NCBI GenBank assembly: GCA_030019075.1
Contig: JASEHD010000001.1
Coordinates: 1-55,424 of the forward strand
DNA length: 55,424 nucleotides
Direction: 5' to 3'
From: Bacteroidota bacterium
GTDB lineage: Bacteria; Bacteroidota; Ignavibacteria; UBA10030; SZUA-254
This document shows, in pieces, positions 39,865 to 49,398 of this stretch. The translations under genes were made by a program, and so were the position numbers. Numbering within the stretch: the stretch's first letter is position 1; each line of letters opens with the position of its first letter. Under the pieces are notes generated by a model, which ran no database searches, was not told where the DNA came from, and was given only the letters and a program-made list of their open reading frames with translations.

Positions 39865-41643
39865 ATGCGGATTGTTGAGAGAAAATATTTTTGGGTCATT
39901 GTCTTCTTCTTTATCATTATCCTTTTTTCTTTAATTAAGGCGGATTCTATTTTCAATTATTCTGTTTTTGATATAGATGAAGAATACACTGTTAAATTTG
40001 CTGTAGGATTCTTAGGGTATGATTTTAATCCTCGATGGTTTGGGTACCATACATTACCGATGTATCTACTTTCTACCGTCTATTTTATTATATATGGTAT
40101 TTATTCTATTTTTAATATTGTTTCTTCGAAGGTCGAGTTTGTTTCTCTGCTGTTCGATGATAATGGTGTCTTTTTTATTAGTGCAAGGATTGTATGTAGT
40201 TTAATCTATACTATAGGGTGTTTCGTACTTTCGATAATCATTTATAAGTCTTATCGCTCAAAAATCGGAGCAATATTTTTTTTCTTGGTTGCTAATTTTA
40301 TCCCTGATGCTATTTATGCGTCGAACAATATTCGAGTTGATACTTTCGTTTTTCTTTTCTTGAGTCTAACTATTTATTTTAGTACATATGCAGAAAAAAA
40401 ACCAGCCAATTTTGTTCTATCGATTATTTTTTGTGCTGCGGCATTTGCTTCAAAGATACCGGCAATAGTATTTTATCCGATATTATTTTTACAAACATTG
40501 ATTGATGTAAGATCGAAGATTTATCCAAAAAAGTACCTTATATATATTATTGCTTTACTTCCAACTTTCACTTTCATCTTCATGCCGTTTGCTTTTTTAG
40601 ATTTTAATTCTTATCGTCCGATCATTGATCAGTTAACTAATAGAGCATCAGGAGAATTTATACATGTAGGTAAAGTACATTTTTTTGATCTCGTAAGCCG
40701 ACTTAATGCTCTTATAAATATAATTGTTAATCAGGTGGGTGTATTTTCAATTATTGGTATGTTTTTTTCATTTGTTTATTCGATTATTTATGATAGAAAA
40801 CTTATTCTGCCTTTTCTATACTGCATTCTTTATGTCGCATCTTTCACAACAAGTCTAACGATTGATCATTACTGGCTCAGGCCAATATATCCCTTCTTCA
40901 TATTTTTTACAATTGTTTTATTGACAAGGAAAGATATTCTTAATAAACTCAGTGTAAAATTTGATAGATATTCAGGAAGTAAAAATGTTAAGTATAAATT
41001 GATTGCATTCACCACTTTTGGGATATTTATTTTCTTTATTATTTACTATTCTTTAAGTTTATATGGAAATGTTTTACTATATTACAAACATTGGCCAAAA
41101 AATGAAAAAGATACTCGTGTTGAAGCGAACAATTGGATTCAGCAGAATTTTTCTACAAATGATAAAATATGGTTAGAGGGTCAAATCCCACACTATTTAC
41201 CGAAGGTTTTTTCTAATGATACAATTACTAATAGGATAATTCCCCTGGGTTTTTATCTAAAACAAAATCAAAATAAAATATTAGATGATGCTTTCGAATA
41301 CTATTGTTCACAATCGAAAACGAAGTACAAGATTTTGAATGTGAGATTAATTGGCAATCATGCTGCAAATCCGTTCACCGTTAATATTTTAGAGAGGGTA
41401 CAAAAAATCAAACCGGGTGATTATGTGGTAATATCAAGTTATATTTATTCTAGATATTATAAAACTAATACTATGCAACAGTTATCTCGTATAACTTATG
41501 ACGCGCAAAAATATTACGCATTTTTAAGAAAACAAGAACTTAAAAAATCTTTTAAGGGTAGTGGACCCAATATCGATATTTATCAAATACGTGATTCGCT
41601 TTCTACAATCATGGCAGACACATTGTATAATCATAAAATGTGA
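39865..41643 (+). CDS. GT-C (ArnT/PMT-like) membrane glycosyltransferase
   Basis: N-terminal DE motif (DIDEE), NPRWFGY, multiple TM helices; adjacent to a polyprenol-P GT2. Confidence 0.7.
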   Translation: MRIVERKYFWVIVFFFIIILFSLIKADSIFNYSVFDIDEEYTVKFAVGFLGYDFNPRWFGYHTLPMYLLSTVYFIIYGIYSIFNIVSSKVEFVSLLFDDNGVFFISARIVCSLIYTIGCFVLSIIIYKSYRSKIGAIFFFLVANFIPDAIYASNNIRVDTFVFLFLSLTIYFSTYAEKKPANFVLSIIFCAAAFASKIPAIVFYPILFLQTLIDVRSKIYPKKYLIYIIALLPTFTFIFMPFAFLDFNSYRPIIDQLTNRASGEFIHVGKVHFFDLVSRLNALINIIVNQVGVFSIIGMFFSFVYSIIYDRKLILPFLYCILYVASFTTSLTIDHYWLRPIYPFFIFFTIVLLTRKDILNKLSVKFDRYSGSKNVKYKLIAFTTFGIFIFFIIYYSLSLYGNVLLYYKHWPKNEKDTRVEANNWIQQNFSTNDKIWLEGQIPHYLPKVFSNDTITNRIIPLGFYLKQNQNKILDDAFEYYCSQSKTKYKILNVRLIGNHAANPFTVNILERVQKIKPGDYVVISSYIYSRYYKTNTMQQLSRITYDAQKYYAFLRKQELKKSFKGSGPNIDIYQIRDSLSTIMADTLYNHKM

Positions 41644-42561
41644 GTGTATAATATGTTATCAGTAGTTATTCCCGTTTATAATAGTGAATCGACTCTTTCA
41701 GAATTGTACAATCGGTTACAGCCAATTCTTCTTAATGTAAAAGAAGAATCCGAAATCATCTTTGTTGATGATGCGAGTCGGGATAATTCATGGAAGGTCC
41801 TTGAAGAATTGCACAAGCAAGACACGAGGGTAAAAATAATTCAGCTTATGCGCAACTTCGGTCAGCATAATGCCATCATGTGCGGATTCCACTATGCTCA
41901 GGGTGAGTATGTCATCACTATGGATGATGATCTTCAGAACCCACCCGAAGAAATCCCGAAACTCATTAGAAAAATAGATGAAGGATATGATTTGGTATAT
42001 GGAGAATATATCACAAAGCACCATGGAGGTATTCGCAATCTTGGTTCTGGCATTATTCAATTTATCTACAAGAAAGTTTTCAAGATGCATTCAAATATAA
42101 CAGCATTTAGGATCATCAGGAAAAAATTAGTTGAATGTGTAATAAAGCATGATAGGAGTTATGTTTTTCTTGATGGATTGCTCGCCTGGAATACAATTAA
42201 TATCGGGACAATTCCCGTAATGCATAACGCTAGAATTTCCGGTAAATCGGGATACGGTTTTTCCAAGCTACTTACTCTTGCTATGAATATGATTACGAAT
42301 TTTTCTATATTACCACTCCAGTTTGCGACCTGGTTTGGATTCAGTTTTGCGATTATTGGTTTCATATTAGCCGTATACTTTCTTTTTAAAAAGATTTTTT
42401 TAGGTATCCCAGTGGAAGGATTTACTGCTCTGATTGTCGCTGTGACAATTTTTTCCGGGATGCAATTGATTACCGTAGGTTTAATAGGAGAATACCTGGG
42501 ACGAATTCATATAAATATTAATGCAAAACCCCAGTACGAAATAAGGGAAATTATTGAATGA
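41644..42561 (+). CDS. Polyprenol-phosphate glycosyltransferase (ArnC/GtrB-like GT2)
   Basis: RNFGQHNA, MDDDLQNPPEEI, two C-terminal TM helices, GEYLGRI. Confidence 0.9.
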   Translation: MYNMLSVVIPVYNSESTLSELYNRLQPILLNVKEESEIIFVDDASRDNSWKVLEELHKQDTRVKIIQLMRNFGQHNAIMCGFHYAQGEYVITMDDDLQNPPEEIPKLIRKIDEGYDLVYGEYITKHHGGIRNLGSGIIQFIYKKVFKMHSNITAFRIIRKKLVECVIKHDRSYVFLDGLLAWNTINIGTIPVMHNARISGKSGYGFSKLLTLAMNMITNFSILPLQFATWFGFSFAIIGFILAVYFLFKKIFLGIPVEGFTALIVAVTIFSGMQLITVGLIGEYLGRIHININAKPQYEIREIIE

Positions 42562-43409
42562 ATCTAAAACAACTGTTAAGAGGAAATAGATATGTCCCTC
42601 TACAAAATCATAAAATGAATATTTTAAATCCAGTGGCCGAGATAACAATTCATCCTCGTGTATTAATTGGTGAGAATGTTACTATTGGGAAAAATACCAA
42701 AAAGGTCGATATCGGCTACGGTACTTTTCTGGGGAACAATATTTATATTGATACTCCGGAACTCTCCATCGGTGAGTACACAACCATTCATCACTCTACA
42801 ACAATTCATGGATATGAGAATATAAAAATAGGACATAATTGCTGGTTTGGACAATTTTGTATAATCGATGGAATTGGTGGTACAACAATCGGAAATAATG
42901 TCGGTGTTGGTGCACATTCACAACTTTGGTCACACATGAAATTCGGCGACATGACAGCTGGATGCAAATGGCATAATACGAAGAACCTTATTATTAAAGA
43001 TGATGTTTGGTTTGTAGGTCATTGTATTGTGTGTCCAATTACTGCTGAAGAAAAAGCGATGTTAATGGTCGGGGGTGTTGTATCGCAGGATATGAAGGCG
43101 AATCATATTTATGGAGGTGTACCCGCAAAAGATTTAACAGATAGAATTGGAACACAATTCAAAGAAGATATTACGATTCAAGAAAAGTTGGAAATATTTA
43201 ATAATTATTTACGCGAGTATGAGAAAATGGGAAATAACGTATCGTTTGTACGCATTAAGGATACCGAAGCTGCAAGTTACGTTCCTAGGAAACATACTCT
43301 GTTTTCAATTTCAGATCGGTCATATGTTCCGACGCGTTCGGAGGAAGAGTACCGTCTAATGAAATTTTTATTATATGAAAAAGCTAAGTTTATTCCAGTT
43401 AATAAATAA
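42558..43409 (+). CDS. Hexapeptide-repeat (LbH) acyltransferase
   Basis: IGxxxx repeats, YGGVPAK. Confidence 0.8.
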   Translation: MNLKQLLRGNRYVPLQNHKMNILNPVAEITIHPRVLIGENVTIGKNTKKVDIGYGTFLGNNIYIDTPELSIGEYTTIHHSTTIHGYENIKIGHNCWFGQFCIIDGIGGTTIGNNVGVGAHSQLWSHMKFGDMTAGCKWHNTKNLIIKDDVWFVGHCIVCPITAEEKAMLMVGGVVSQDMKANHIYGGVPAKDLTDRIGTQFKEDITIQEKLEIFNNYLREYEKMGNNVSFVRIKDTEAASYVPRKHTLFSISDRSYVPTRSEEEYRLMKFLLYEKAKFIPVNK

Positions 43410-43429
43410 AATTCAGTTTGTGATTTTTT

Positions 43430-44572
43430 ATGATTAAAATTCCATTCAATCGTCCATCAATCATAGGTAAAGAATTAGAGTACATTGCACAAGCGGTACA
43501 AGGCGGGCAAATCTCTGGCGACGGGCTATTCACAAAAAAATGCCACGCTTTGATTGAAGAAAAGTTCGGTGCTAAGAAAGTTCTCCTAACAACATCGTGT
43601 ACCTCGGGACTTGAGATGTCTGCTCTGCTTTGTAACATACAATCCGGGGACGAGGTTATTCTGCCATCGTTCACGTTTGTCTCAACGGCAAATGCCTTTT
43701 GTCTTAGGGGAGCTAAACCTATCTTTGTGGATATCGAACAAAAAACACTTAATATCAATCCTGATTTAATAGAAGCGAAAATCACAAATAAGACAAAAGC
43801 TATTGTTCCAATTCATTATGCAGGTGTTAGCTGTGATATGGATATAGTTATGGATATTGGGAGGAAGTATAAGATTCCTGTAATCGAAGATGCAGCTCAG
43901 GGTGTGAATGCAAAATATAAGGATCAATATCTAGGTACAATTGGACAGCTCGGCGCTTATTCCTTCCATGAGACTAAGAATTTCATCTCCGGGGAAGGTG
44001 GTGCTCTTGTCATTAACGACGAGCAGTACATCGAGCGTGCCGAGATTGTCCGTGAGAAGGGTACCAACCGAAGCAAGTTCTGGCGTGGTCAGGTGGATAA
44101 ATATACATGGGTGGATATAGGATCGTCGTATCTACCTTCAGATATCTTAGCGGCTTACCTTTACGCGCAGTTAGAGTCGATGGAACAGATCACAGCTGTA
44201 CGCAGAAAAATCTACAAGTATTATCTTAAAAAATTATCACCGCTCGAAGAGCGCGGGCTGCTCCGGCTTCCCCGCATACCCTCTTGGTGTCAGCCAAACT
44301 ATCACATGTTTTACATTCTTCTACAAACGCAGAAGATGCGAGATGGGCTGATGAAGACACTGAAAGATAACGGTATCATGGCAGTGTTCCATTATCTCCC
44401 ACTGCATACGTCTCCGATGGGGAAGAAATTCGGTTACAAAGAGGGAGAATTTCCCGTGACGGAAGATGTAAGCAAGCGGCTGTTGCGTCTTCCATTCTAT
44501 AATGATTTAACTGAGAGTGATCAGGAACGGATTGTTACGATAATAAATAATTTTGTTTCAGAAATTTCTTGA
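43430..44572 (+). CDS. rffA: dTDP-4-amino-4,6-dideoxygalactose transaminase
   Basis: IPFNRP, EDAAQG, SFHETKN, EKGTNRSKF.RGQVDKYTWVDIGSSYL. Confidence 0.92.
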   Translation: MIKIPFNRPSIIGKELEYIAQAVQGGQISGDGLFTKKCHALIEEKFGAKKVLLTTSCTSGLEMSALLCNIQSGDEVILPSFTFVSTANAFCLRGAKPIFVDIEQKTLNINPDLIEAKITNKTKAIVPIHYAGVSCDMDIVMDIGRKYKIPVIEDAAQGVNAKYKDQYLGTIGQLGAYSFHETKNFISGEGGALVINDEQYIERAEIVREKGTNRSKFWRGQVDKYTWVDIGSSYLPSDILAAYLYAQLESMEQITAVRRKIYKYYLKKLSPLEERGLLRLPRIPSWCQPNYHMFYILLQTQKMRDGLMKTLKDNGIMAVFHYLPLHTSPMGKKFGYKEGEFPVTEDVSKRLLRLPFYNDLTESDQERIVTIINNFVSEIS

Positions 44573-44587
44573 TAAATCAAACGTTCT

Positions 44588-45316
44588 ATGTACAATAAAG
44601 AGTCTTGGAAACCGAGTAAATTTCAAAAAGATGCCAACTCCGGTGGATACATTCCGAATCCTTCATACGTTGGTGTTGGTTCCCGTTATGTATGCCAGCT
44701 CTACATAAACGATTATGTGAAACTTATACAGGAACATTGTTCTGGCTATCTGCTCGATTGCGGTTGCGGTGATGTACCGTATTACGAAATCTATCGAGAT
44801 AAAATCTCGGATGTTTATTGCATCGATTGGGAAAACTCACTCCACAAAAATCCCTACGTCGATCAGTGCGTAGATCTGAACAATCCGTTTCCGCTTGAAA
44901 GCAATTCATTCGATACTGTCCTCGCTGCGGATGTCCTTGAGCACATCTACAACCCTATGCTTTTTATGAATGAGGTCGCCCGTGTTGTTAAGCCCGGTGG
45001 CAAAGTTCTCATCATGGTTCCATATTACTACTGGGTCCATGAAGCACCGCACGATTATTATCGCTATACCGAGTATGCACTGAAAAAATTCTGTGATGTA
45101 AATAAACTCAACGTCGTATATCTTCAGCCCTACGGCGGTTATCCAGACATTCTCCTTGATTTGTTCAATAAAAAATATGTAACAAAAGAAACAGGCGTCC
45201 GGAGATTCTTAAAATTCAGCCGTTGGCTCCAGTCGACGAAATATTATAAAAATCTTTGCCAATCAACTGAACGACAATTCCCGCTTGGTTATTGTCTCGT
45301 TGCCCAAAAACCGTAG
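44588..45316 (+). CDS. Class I SAM methyltransferase
   Basis: LLDCGCGDVPY, DVLEH, PHDYYRYT. Confidence 0.88.
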   Translation: MYNKESWKPSKFQKDANSGGYIPNPSYVGVGSRYVCQLYINDYVKLIQEHCSGYLLDCGCGDVPYYEIYRDKISDVYCIDWENSLHKNPYVDQCVDLNNPFPLESNSFDTVLAADVLEHIYNPMLFMNEVARVVKPGGKVLIMVPYYYWVHEAPHDYYRYTEYALKKFCDVNKLNVVYLQPYGGYPDILLDLFNKKYVTKETGVRRFLKFSRWLQSTKYYKNLCQSTERQFPLGYCLVAQKP

Positions 45317-45368
45317 CTGTGGATTTCCCCGCTCATTGTAGTAAAATAACCGGCTTGAGAAGATAGAG

Positions 45369-45701
45369 ATGATGGAAGATAAGTTATTTCAAAATAAAAT
45401 AGATAAGGGTGGTTATAAAATCCATCGTGAAATGAAAGCGATGTGTTATCACGGGCACACGTACACCGTTAGTGAACTCGTGAAACGTTGTACAAATGAA
45501 GGTCTTGGCTGGAGATTGGTTGAGCAGAGATATTCGTTCACAGAAATGGTAAGAGATTTATTCAGTTTTAAAATTTACCGTCAATTACTTAATGGTATAA
45601 AGAATAATCAGATCAAGCATATTTCAGAATTGATGTTTCCTACCATCCGTCCATTGTTCGTATATATTGGGAATCGTTTTATTAAGCGGTATGTCAGGTA
45701 G
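45369..45701 (+). pseudogene. Short ORF, possible remnant of a methyltransferase-like gene
   Basis: 110 aa, operon-oriented, no recognisable catalytic core, ends next to the REP cluster. Confidence 0.35.
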
Positions 45702-45725
45702 CTACAGCGTGGAAACAAACCTGAT

Positions 45726-45921
45726 GTAGTCGCGGACTTTTTTATCCGCCTCCCGCCAAAAAAGGCGGCGGGCAAGCTGGCGGAATGTCTGCGTGGTTGC
45801 CAAATACGCAACCTACAAAAGATGCCTGTCGTAGCCGCAAGCTTAATGCTTGCGGGAGTCGCCTCCACACGCAACCATGAAGTCGTTGTCCTGAGGACTC
45901 AGTCCGAAGGATTGCGGCTAC
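45726..45921. repeat. Third copy of the RAYT-1 REP block
   Basis: GTAG REPs at 45726 and 45831, inverted unit ending CTAC at 45921. Confidence 0.9.
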
Positions 45922-45979
45922 ATTCAGATAACACCCACGACTTGTAAAAGTGATAATCAATTCCTACATTTGGCTTGTT

Positions 45980-46942
45980 ATGGAACGTACAACATCAGAA
46001 AAATTAATTTTCATCATCATCCCAGCTTACAACACGGCTCACCTCATCGGTCGTTCCATAACGAGCGTGCTCTTGCAAACCTATCAACATTTCGAGGTCA
46101 TCATTGTCGATGACGGTTCAACCGATAATCTCAACTATGCACTGGCTCGGTTCAAGGATAATCGTATTCGATCCATCCGTCACGAAGCAAACCGGGGCGG
46201 CTCGGCTGCCCGCAATACCGGCATCAACGCTGCAAGGGGTGAATACATCGCCTTCCTTGATAGCGATGATGAATGGCTGCCGGAGAAATTGGAGAAACAA
46301 ATTGAAGTATTCCGAAAATCTTCAAATGATGTTGGAATGGTATACACCGGCTGGCGCTGGATAAGAGAAAAGGATGGTAAAATAATTCAGGATAAAATTC
46401 CTGCTCAGCGCGGTAACCTTCATCAATTGTTACTGAGCATCGATTGCATTGGCTCAATGTCAACGCCATTAATAAGGACATCTCTTTTGCATGCCATCGG
46501 TGGCTTTGATGAGAAACTCCCCGCCCGGCAAGATTGGGATTTATGGCTGCGACTTTCAAAAGTTTGCAGATTTGATTTTGTTCCCGAAGTTTTAGTCAAT
46601 TACTATGTCCGTACGGAAAGTATATCGGGCAATACTTTGAATAAGATCAAAGGTACTGAGATTGTACTTGAAAAATATCTTGATGAATTCAAATCATTGC
46701 CATCAGCGCTTGCCGGTAATTACATCGTGCTAACGATTCTTTATCTGATCGATGGTGATGTTACCAAAGCACGTGAGATGATGAGGAAATCAATTCAAAG
46801 TGATTCACGTAACTGGAAGATGTACTGGAAGAATCTTGTACACGTTACACTCTCTTTTCTGCCAAGAGCCGTTCGTATTAAATTTTTTAAGGTGATGCGG
46901 TTGATGAATAAAGATTTTTATTGGATAGTAACTCAAAAGTAG
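45980..46942 (+). CDS. GT2 glycosyltransferase
   Basis: IIIPAYN, VDDGSTD, GGSAARNTG, FLDSDD, QDWDLWLR. Confidence 0.92.
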   Translation: MERTTSEKLIFIIIPAYNTAHLIGRSITSVLLQTYQHFEVIIVDDGSTDNLNYALARFKDNRIRSIRHEANRGGSAARNTGINAARGEYIAFLDSDDEWLPEKLEKQIEVFRKSSNDVGMVYTGWRWIREKDGKIIQDKIPAQRGNLHQLLLSIDCIGSMSTPLIRTSLLHAIGGFDEKLPARQDWDLWLRLSKVCRFDFVPEVLVNYYVRTESISGNTLNKIKGTEIVLEKYLDEFKSLPSALAGNYIVLTILYLIDGDVTKAREMMRKSIQSDSRNWKMYWKNLVHVTLSFLPRAVRIKFFKVMRLMNKDFYWIVTQK

Positions 46943-47009
46943 AAATATTTTGCCATGTCTGATTCACAAAAACCTCTTTGGGACTAACGAGCGCTACTGG
47001 GCATGCAAA

Positions 47010-47079
47010 TTCCCAATCGGGAGATTGGGAACGAGCGGGGTGAAATCGTAGAGACAAAGCGAACTGAAGTTCGCCCTAC
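47010..47079. repeat. Two solitary REP-like palindromes
   Basis: ttcccaatc-ggga-gattgggaa-cgag (47010-47035) and gcgaact-ga-agttcgc-cCTAC (47059-47079; same family as 31099). Confidence 0.65.
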
Positions 47080-47118
47080 TCCATCACTCCATTACTCATC
47101 TACTGTCCCATTACACCC

Positions 47119-47147
47119 AAGCATTTTTCACAATAATTCTTTATATT
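47119..47147 (+). promoter_or_regulatory. 29-bp direct repeat copy 1, ending in a TATATT -10 box
   Basis: aagcatttttcacaataattctttatatt, identical at 48911-48939. Confidence 0.75.
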
Positions 47148-47217
47148 ATTTCGTGTGGATAGTTAAGTACTATTCCAAATAAATGGACATTAGTTCAAAA
47201 TATTGGACGATCAATCA

Positions 47218-47754
47218 ATGAATAAAATAAAAGACATACTAATAAATACAAATGCACAGCGAGTCATAAATATATTATTGGATTATCCGAGGGAAGAATT
47301 TCTTGAGAAAGAGATTCAGCGTAAATTGAGAATCAGCAAATCAGGAACCAATTATGCGTTAAAAGAATTGGTTGGTGCAGGGTTATTAATAAAAAATAAT
47401 CGTGGCAAACAAAATCATTGGTCGCTCAATTTCCATAATCCCATTGTGAAACAGATGAAAGTTATTTTATTACTCAATGCTCTATTCGATAAGCTGAAGA
47501 AGGTTTCTAAATCAATAATTCTATTTGGAAGCTCTTCACATGGTGGAGATGTAAACGACAGTGATATTGATTTGTTTATTATCAGTCATAACAGAGAGGA
47601 AATAGAAAGACTTGTTAAGAATCATAAATCAGAACGGAAGATACAAGCTATAATCCGCACAGATTTGCAATTTATCGAGATGAAACATACGGATCCGGTA
47701 TTCTATGATCAAGTAGAGCACGGAATCGTTATTTGGGAGGAAAAAAGTGAATAG
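47218..47754 (+). CDS. wHTH-MNT nucleotidyltransferase antitoxin
   Basis: N-terminal winged HTH (EIQRKLRISKSGTNYALKEL), ILFGS..SDIDLFI. Confidence 0.85.
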   Translation: MNKIKDILINTNAQRVINILLDYPREEFLEKEIQRKLRISKSGTNYALKELVGAGLLIKNNRGKQNHWSLNFHNPIVKQMKVILLLNALFDKLKKVSKSIILFGSSSHGGDVNDSDIDLFIISHNREEIERLVKNHKSERKIQAIIRTDLQFIEMKHTDPVFYDQVEHGIVIWEEKSE

Positions 47755-47773
47755 TGAATTTGATGAATATAGG

Positions 47774-48073
47774 AGGTCAGCAGTAGAACTGCTTCCCAGC
47801 ATGGCGACTAAGAAGTCAGCAGTAGACCAGCCCAACCCGCCTGCGGCAGGCAGGCATCTTAGCTGACGGGACTGCCTCATAGCTTTCTTAGCTGGGAGGA
47901 TGTTCTACATCCGACCTTTGGTGTCAGGAAGGTCAACTTTCAGCAGTCCTTAGCTGGGAGGGGGTTCACACCTCCGACCTGTTCGGCGGCGAGGGTCAGC
48001 AGTAGACCAGCCCGACACCAGCCCGACCCGCCTGCGGCAGGCAGGCATCTTGGCTGGCGGGACTGCTTCCCAG
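47774..48073. repeat. REP family 2 array upstream of RAYT-2
   Basis: AGGTC-stem6-AGA-stem6-TCCCAGC units: 47774 (+), 47813 (+, filled), 47891 (-), 47953 (-), 47993 (+, filled). Confidence 0.85.
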
Positions 48074-48152
48074 ATTGGGCGGGACAGTTTCCCAGTTTTT
48101 GGGTTTTAGAAAAAATTATTTACATTCAATAAAAAGTCAACACAGGGAAATT

Positions 48153-48698
48153 ATGTCACACTGGAAATTTATATCTGGAACAGAAGACCAATTATATTTT
48201 CTAACATCAAGCATTGTTGATTGGACATATATTTTTACCGAACCTGATTATTTCGAAATTATAATCGAAAGCTTAAAACACTGTCAGCAGCACAAATCGC
48301 TCATCATTGCTGGATACGTCATAATGCCAAATCATCTTCATCTTATCTGTGTTGGATCGAAGGAAGATAAACTTGTTGATACCATGCGTGATTTTAAACA
48401 TTACACAGCCTGTAAAATACTTGACAATTTGCATTTAGGTCAACGATGGAAGGAATTAGAAATTTTCCATAGGGCAGCAATCGAGGAAGGTAAAGGAAAT
48501 GAACAGAGGTTTTGGAATGAAGGTATGCATCCAATTTTGGTTTCCAATGAAAAAATGTTTCAAGAAAAATTAAATTACATGCACAATAATCCGGTTAGAA
48601 AAGGATTTGTTGCTGCACCAGAGCATTGGTTATATTCAAGTGCGAGGAATTATATCCTCGGAGATCATTCGATTATGAAGATTGAATGTTATAATTAA
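48153..48698 (+). CDS. REP-associated tyrosine transposase (RAYT-2, Bacteroidota type)
   Basis: YFLTSSIVDW, YVIMPNHLHLI, MRDFK, YMHNNPVRKG, WLYSSARNY. Confidence 0.92.
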   Translation: MSHWKFISGTEDQLYFLTSSIVDWTYIFTEPDYFEIIIESLKHCQQHKSLIIAGYVIMPNHLHLICVGSKEDKLVDTMRDFKHYTACKILDNLHLGQRWKELEIFHRAAIEEGKGNEQRFWNEGMHPILVSNEKMFQEKLNYMHNNPVRKGFVAAPEHWLYSSARNYILGDHSIMKIECYN

Positions 48699-48723
48699 TT
48701 CGATGAACTTATCGGGGTCGGTG

Positions 48724-48784
48724 GAGTCGGTAGTAGAACTACCTCATAGCTTTTTTAGCTGGGAGGATGTTCCACATCCGACCT
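48724..48784. repeat. REP family 2 inverted pair downstream of RAYT-2
   Basis: gagtc-ggtagt-aga-actacc-tcatagc and gctggga-ggatgt-tcc-acatcc-gacct; uninterrupted counterpart of 47813-47917. Confidence 0.85.
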
Positions 48785-48910
48785 TGAGAAGAAATGCAAA
48801 TCTGTTGGCGTTTAATACGGCAAGCCTTATATCCACACCCTCAATGGCAGGCAGAAATCCTGAATCTTAAATCCATCCTTACAGCACTTCATCATTCATT
48901 TTACTCCACT

Positions 48911-48939
48911 AAGCATTTTTCACAATAATTCTTTATATT
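48911..48939 (+). promoter_or_regulatory. 29-bp direct repeat copy 2
   Basis: Identical to 47119-47147. Confidence 0.75.
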
Positions 48940-48951
48940 GTGTCGTATCCT

Positions 48952-49398
48952 ATGATTCGTTTTACAAAAATAACGCACAACGTTCGAGAGCTATTTCCAA
49001 AACTTCTTGAATATTTTTCGACTCGTCAGGATGTGGAGTTTGCATATCTCTTTGGTTCATACGGTATCGGTTACGAAACTCCAATGAGCGATGTAGATAT
49101 TGCTGTGTATCTTATGAGCGAAGTACCAAAGGATAAATATTTCGACATACGGTTAAGGATCATTCAAGATGCTACGGAAATTCTCCATACAGATGAAGTT
49201 GATTTGAGTATTTTAAATGACGCTGATCAACTCTTCGCTTTCAACATTATTTCTACAAGTACAATTTTGTATGATCGTAATCCCGTATTGCGTATCGATT
49301 ATGAAGTCAGAATAATTGATCGATATTTGGATTTTGATCCATACAGGCAGATTCAGGATAATGCTTATCTTAATAATTTGATTCTGAGATCGGAATGA
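48952..49398 (+). CDS. MNT antitoxin (MntA-like)
   Basis: AYLFGSY..SDVDIAV. Confidence 0.9.
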   Translation: MIRFTKITHNVRELFPKLLEYFSTRQDVEFAYLFGSYGIGYETPMSDVDIAVYLMSEVPKDKYFDIRLRIIQDATEILHTDEVDLSILNDADQLFAFNIISTSTILYDRNPVLRIDYEVRIIDRYLDFDPYRQIQDNAYLNNLILRSE

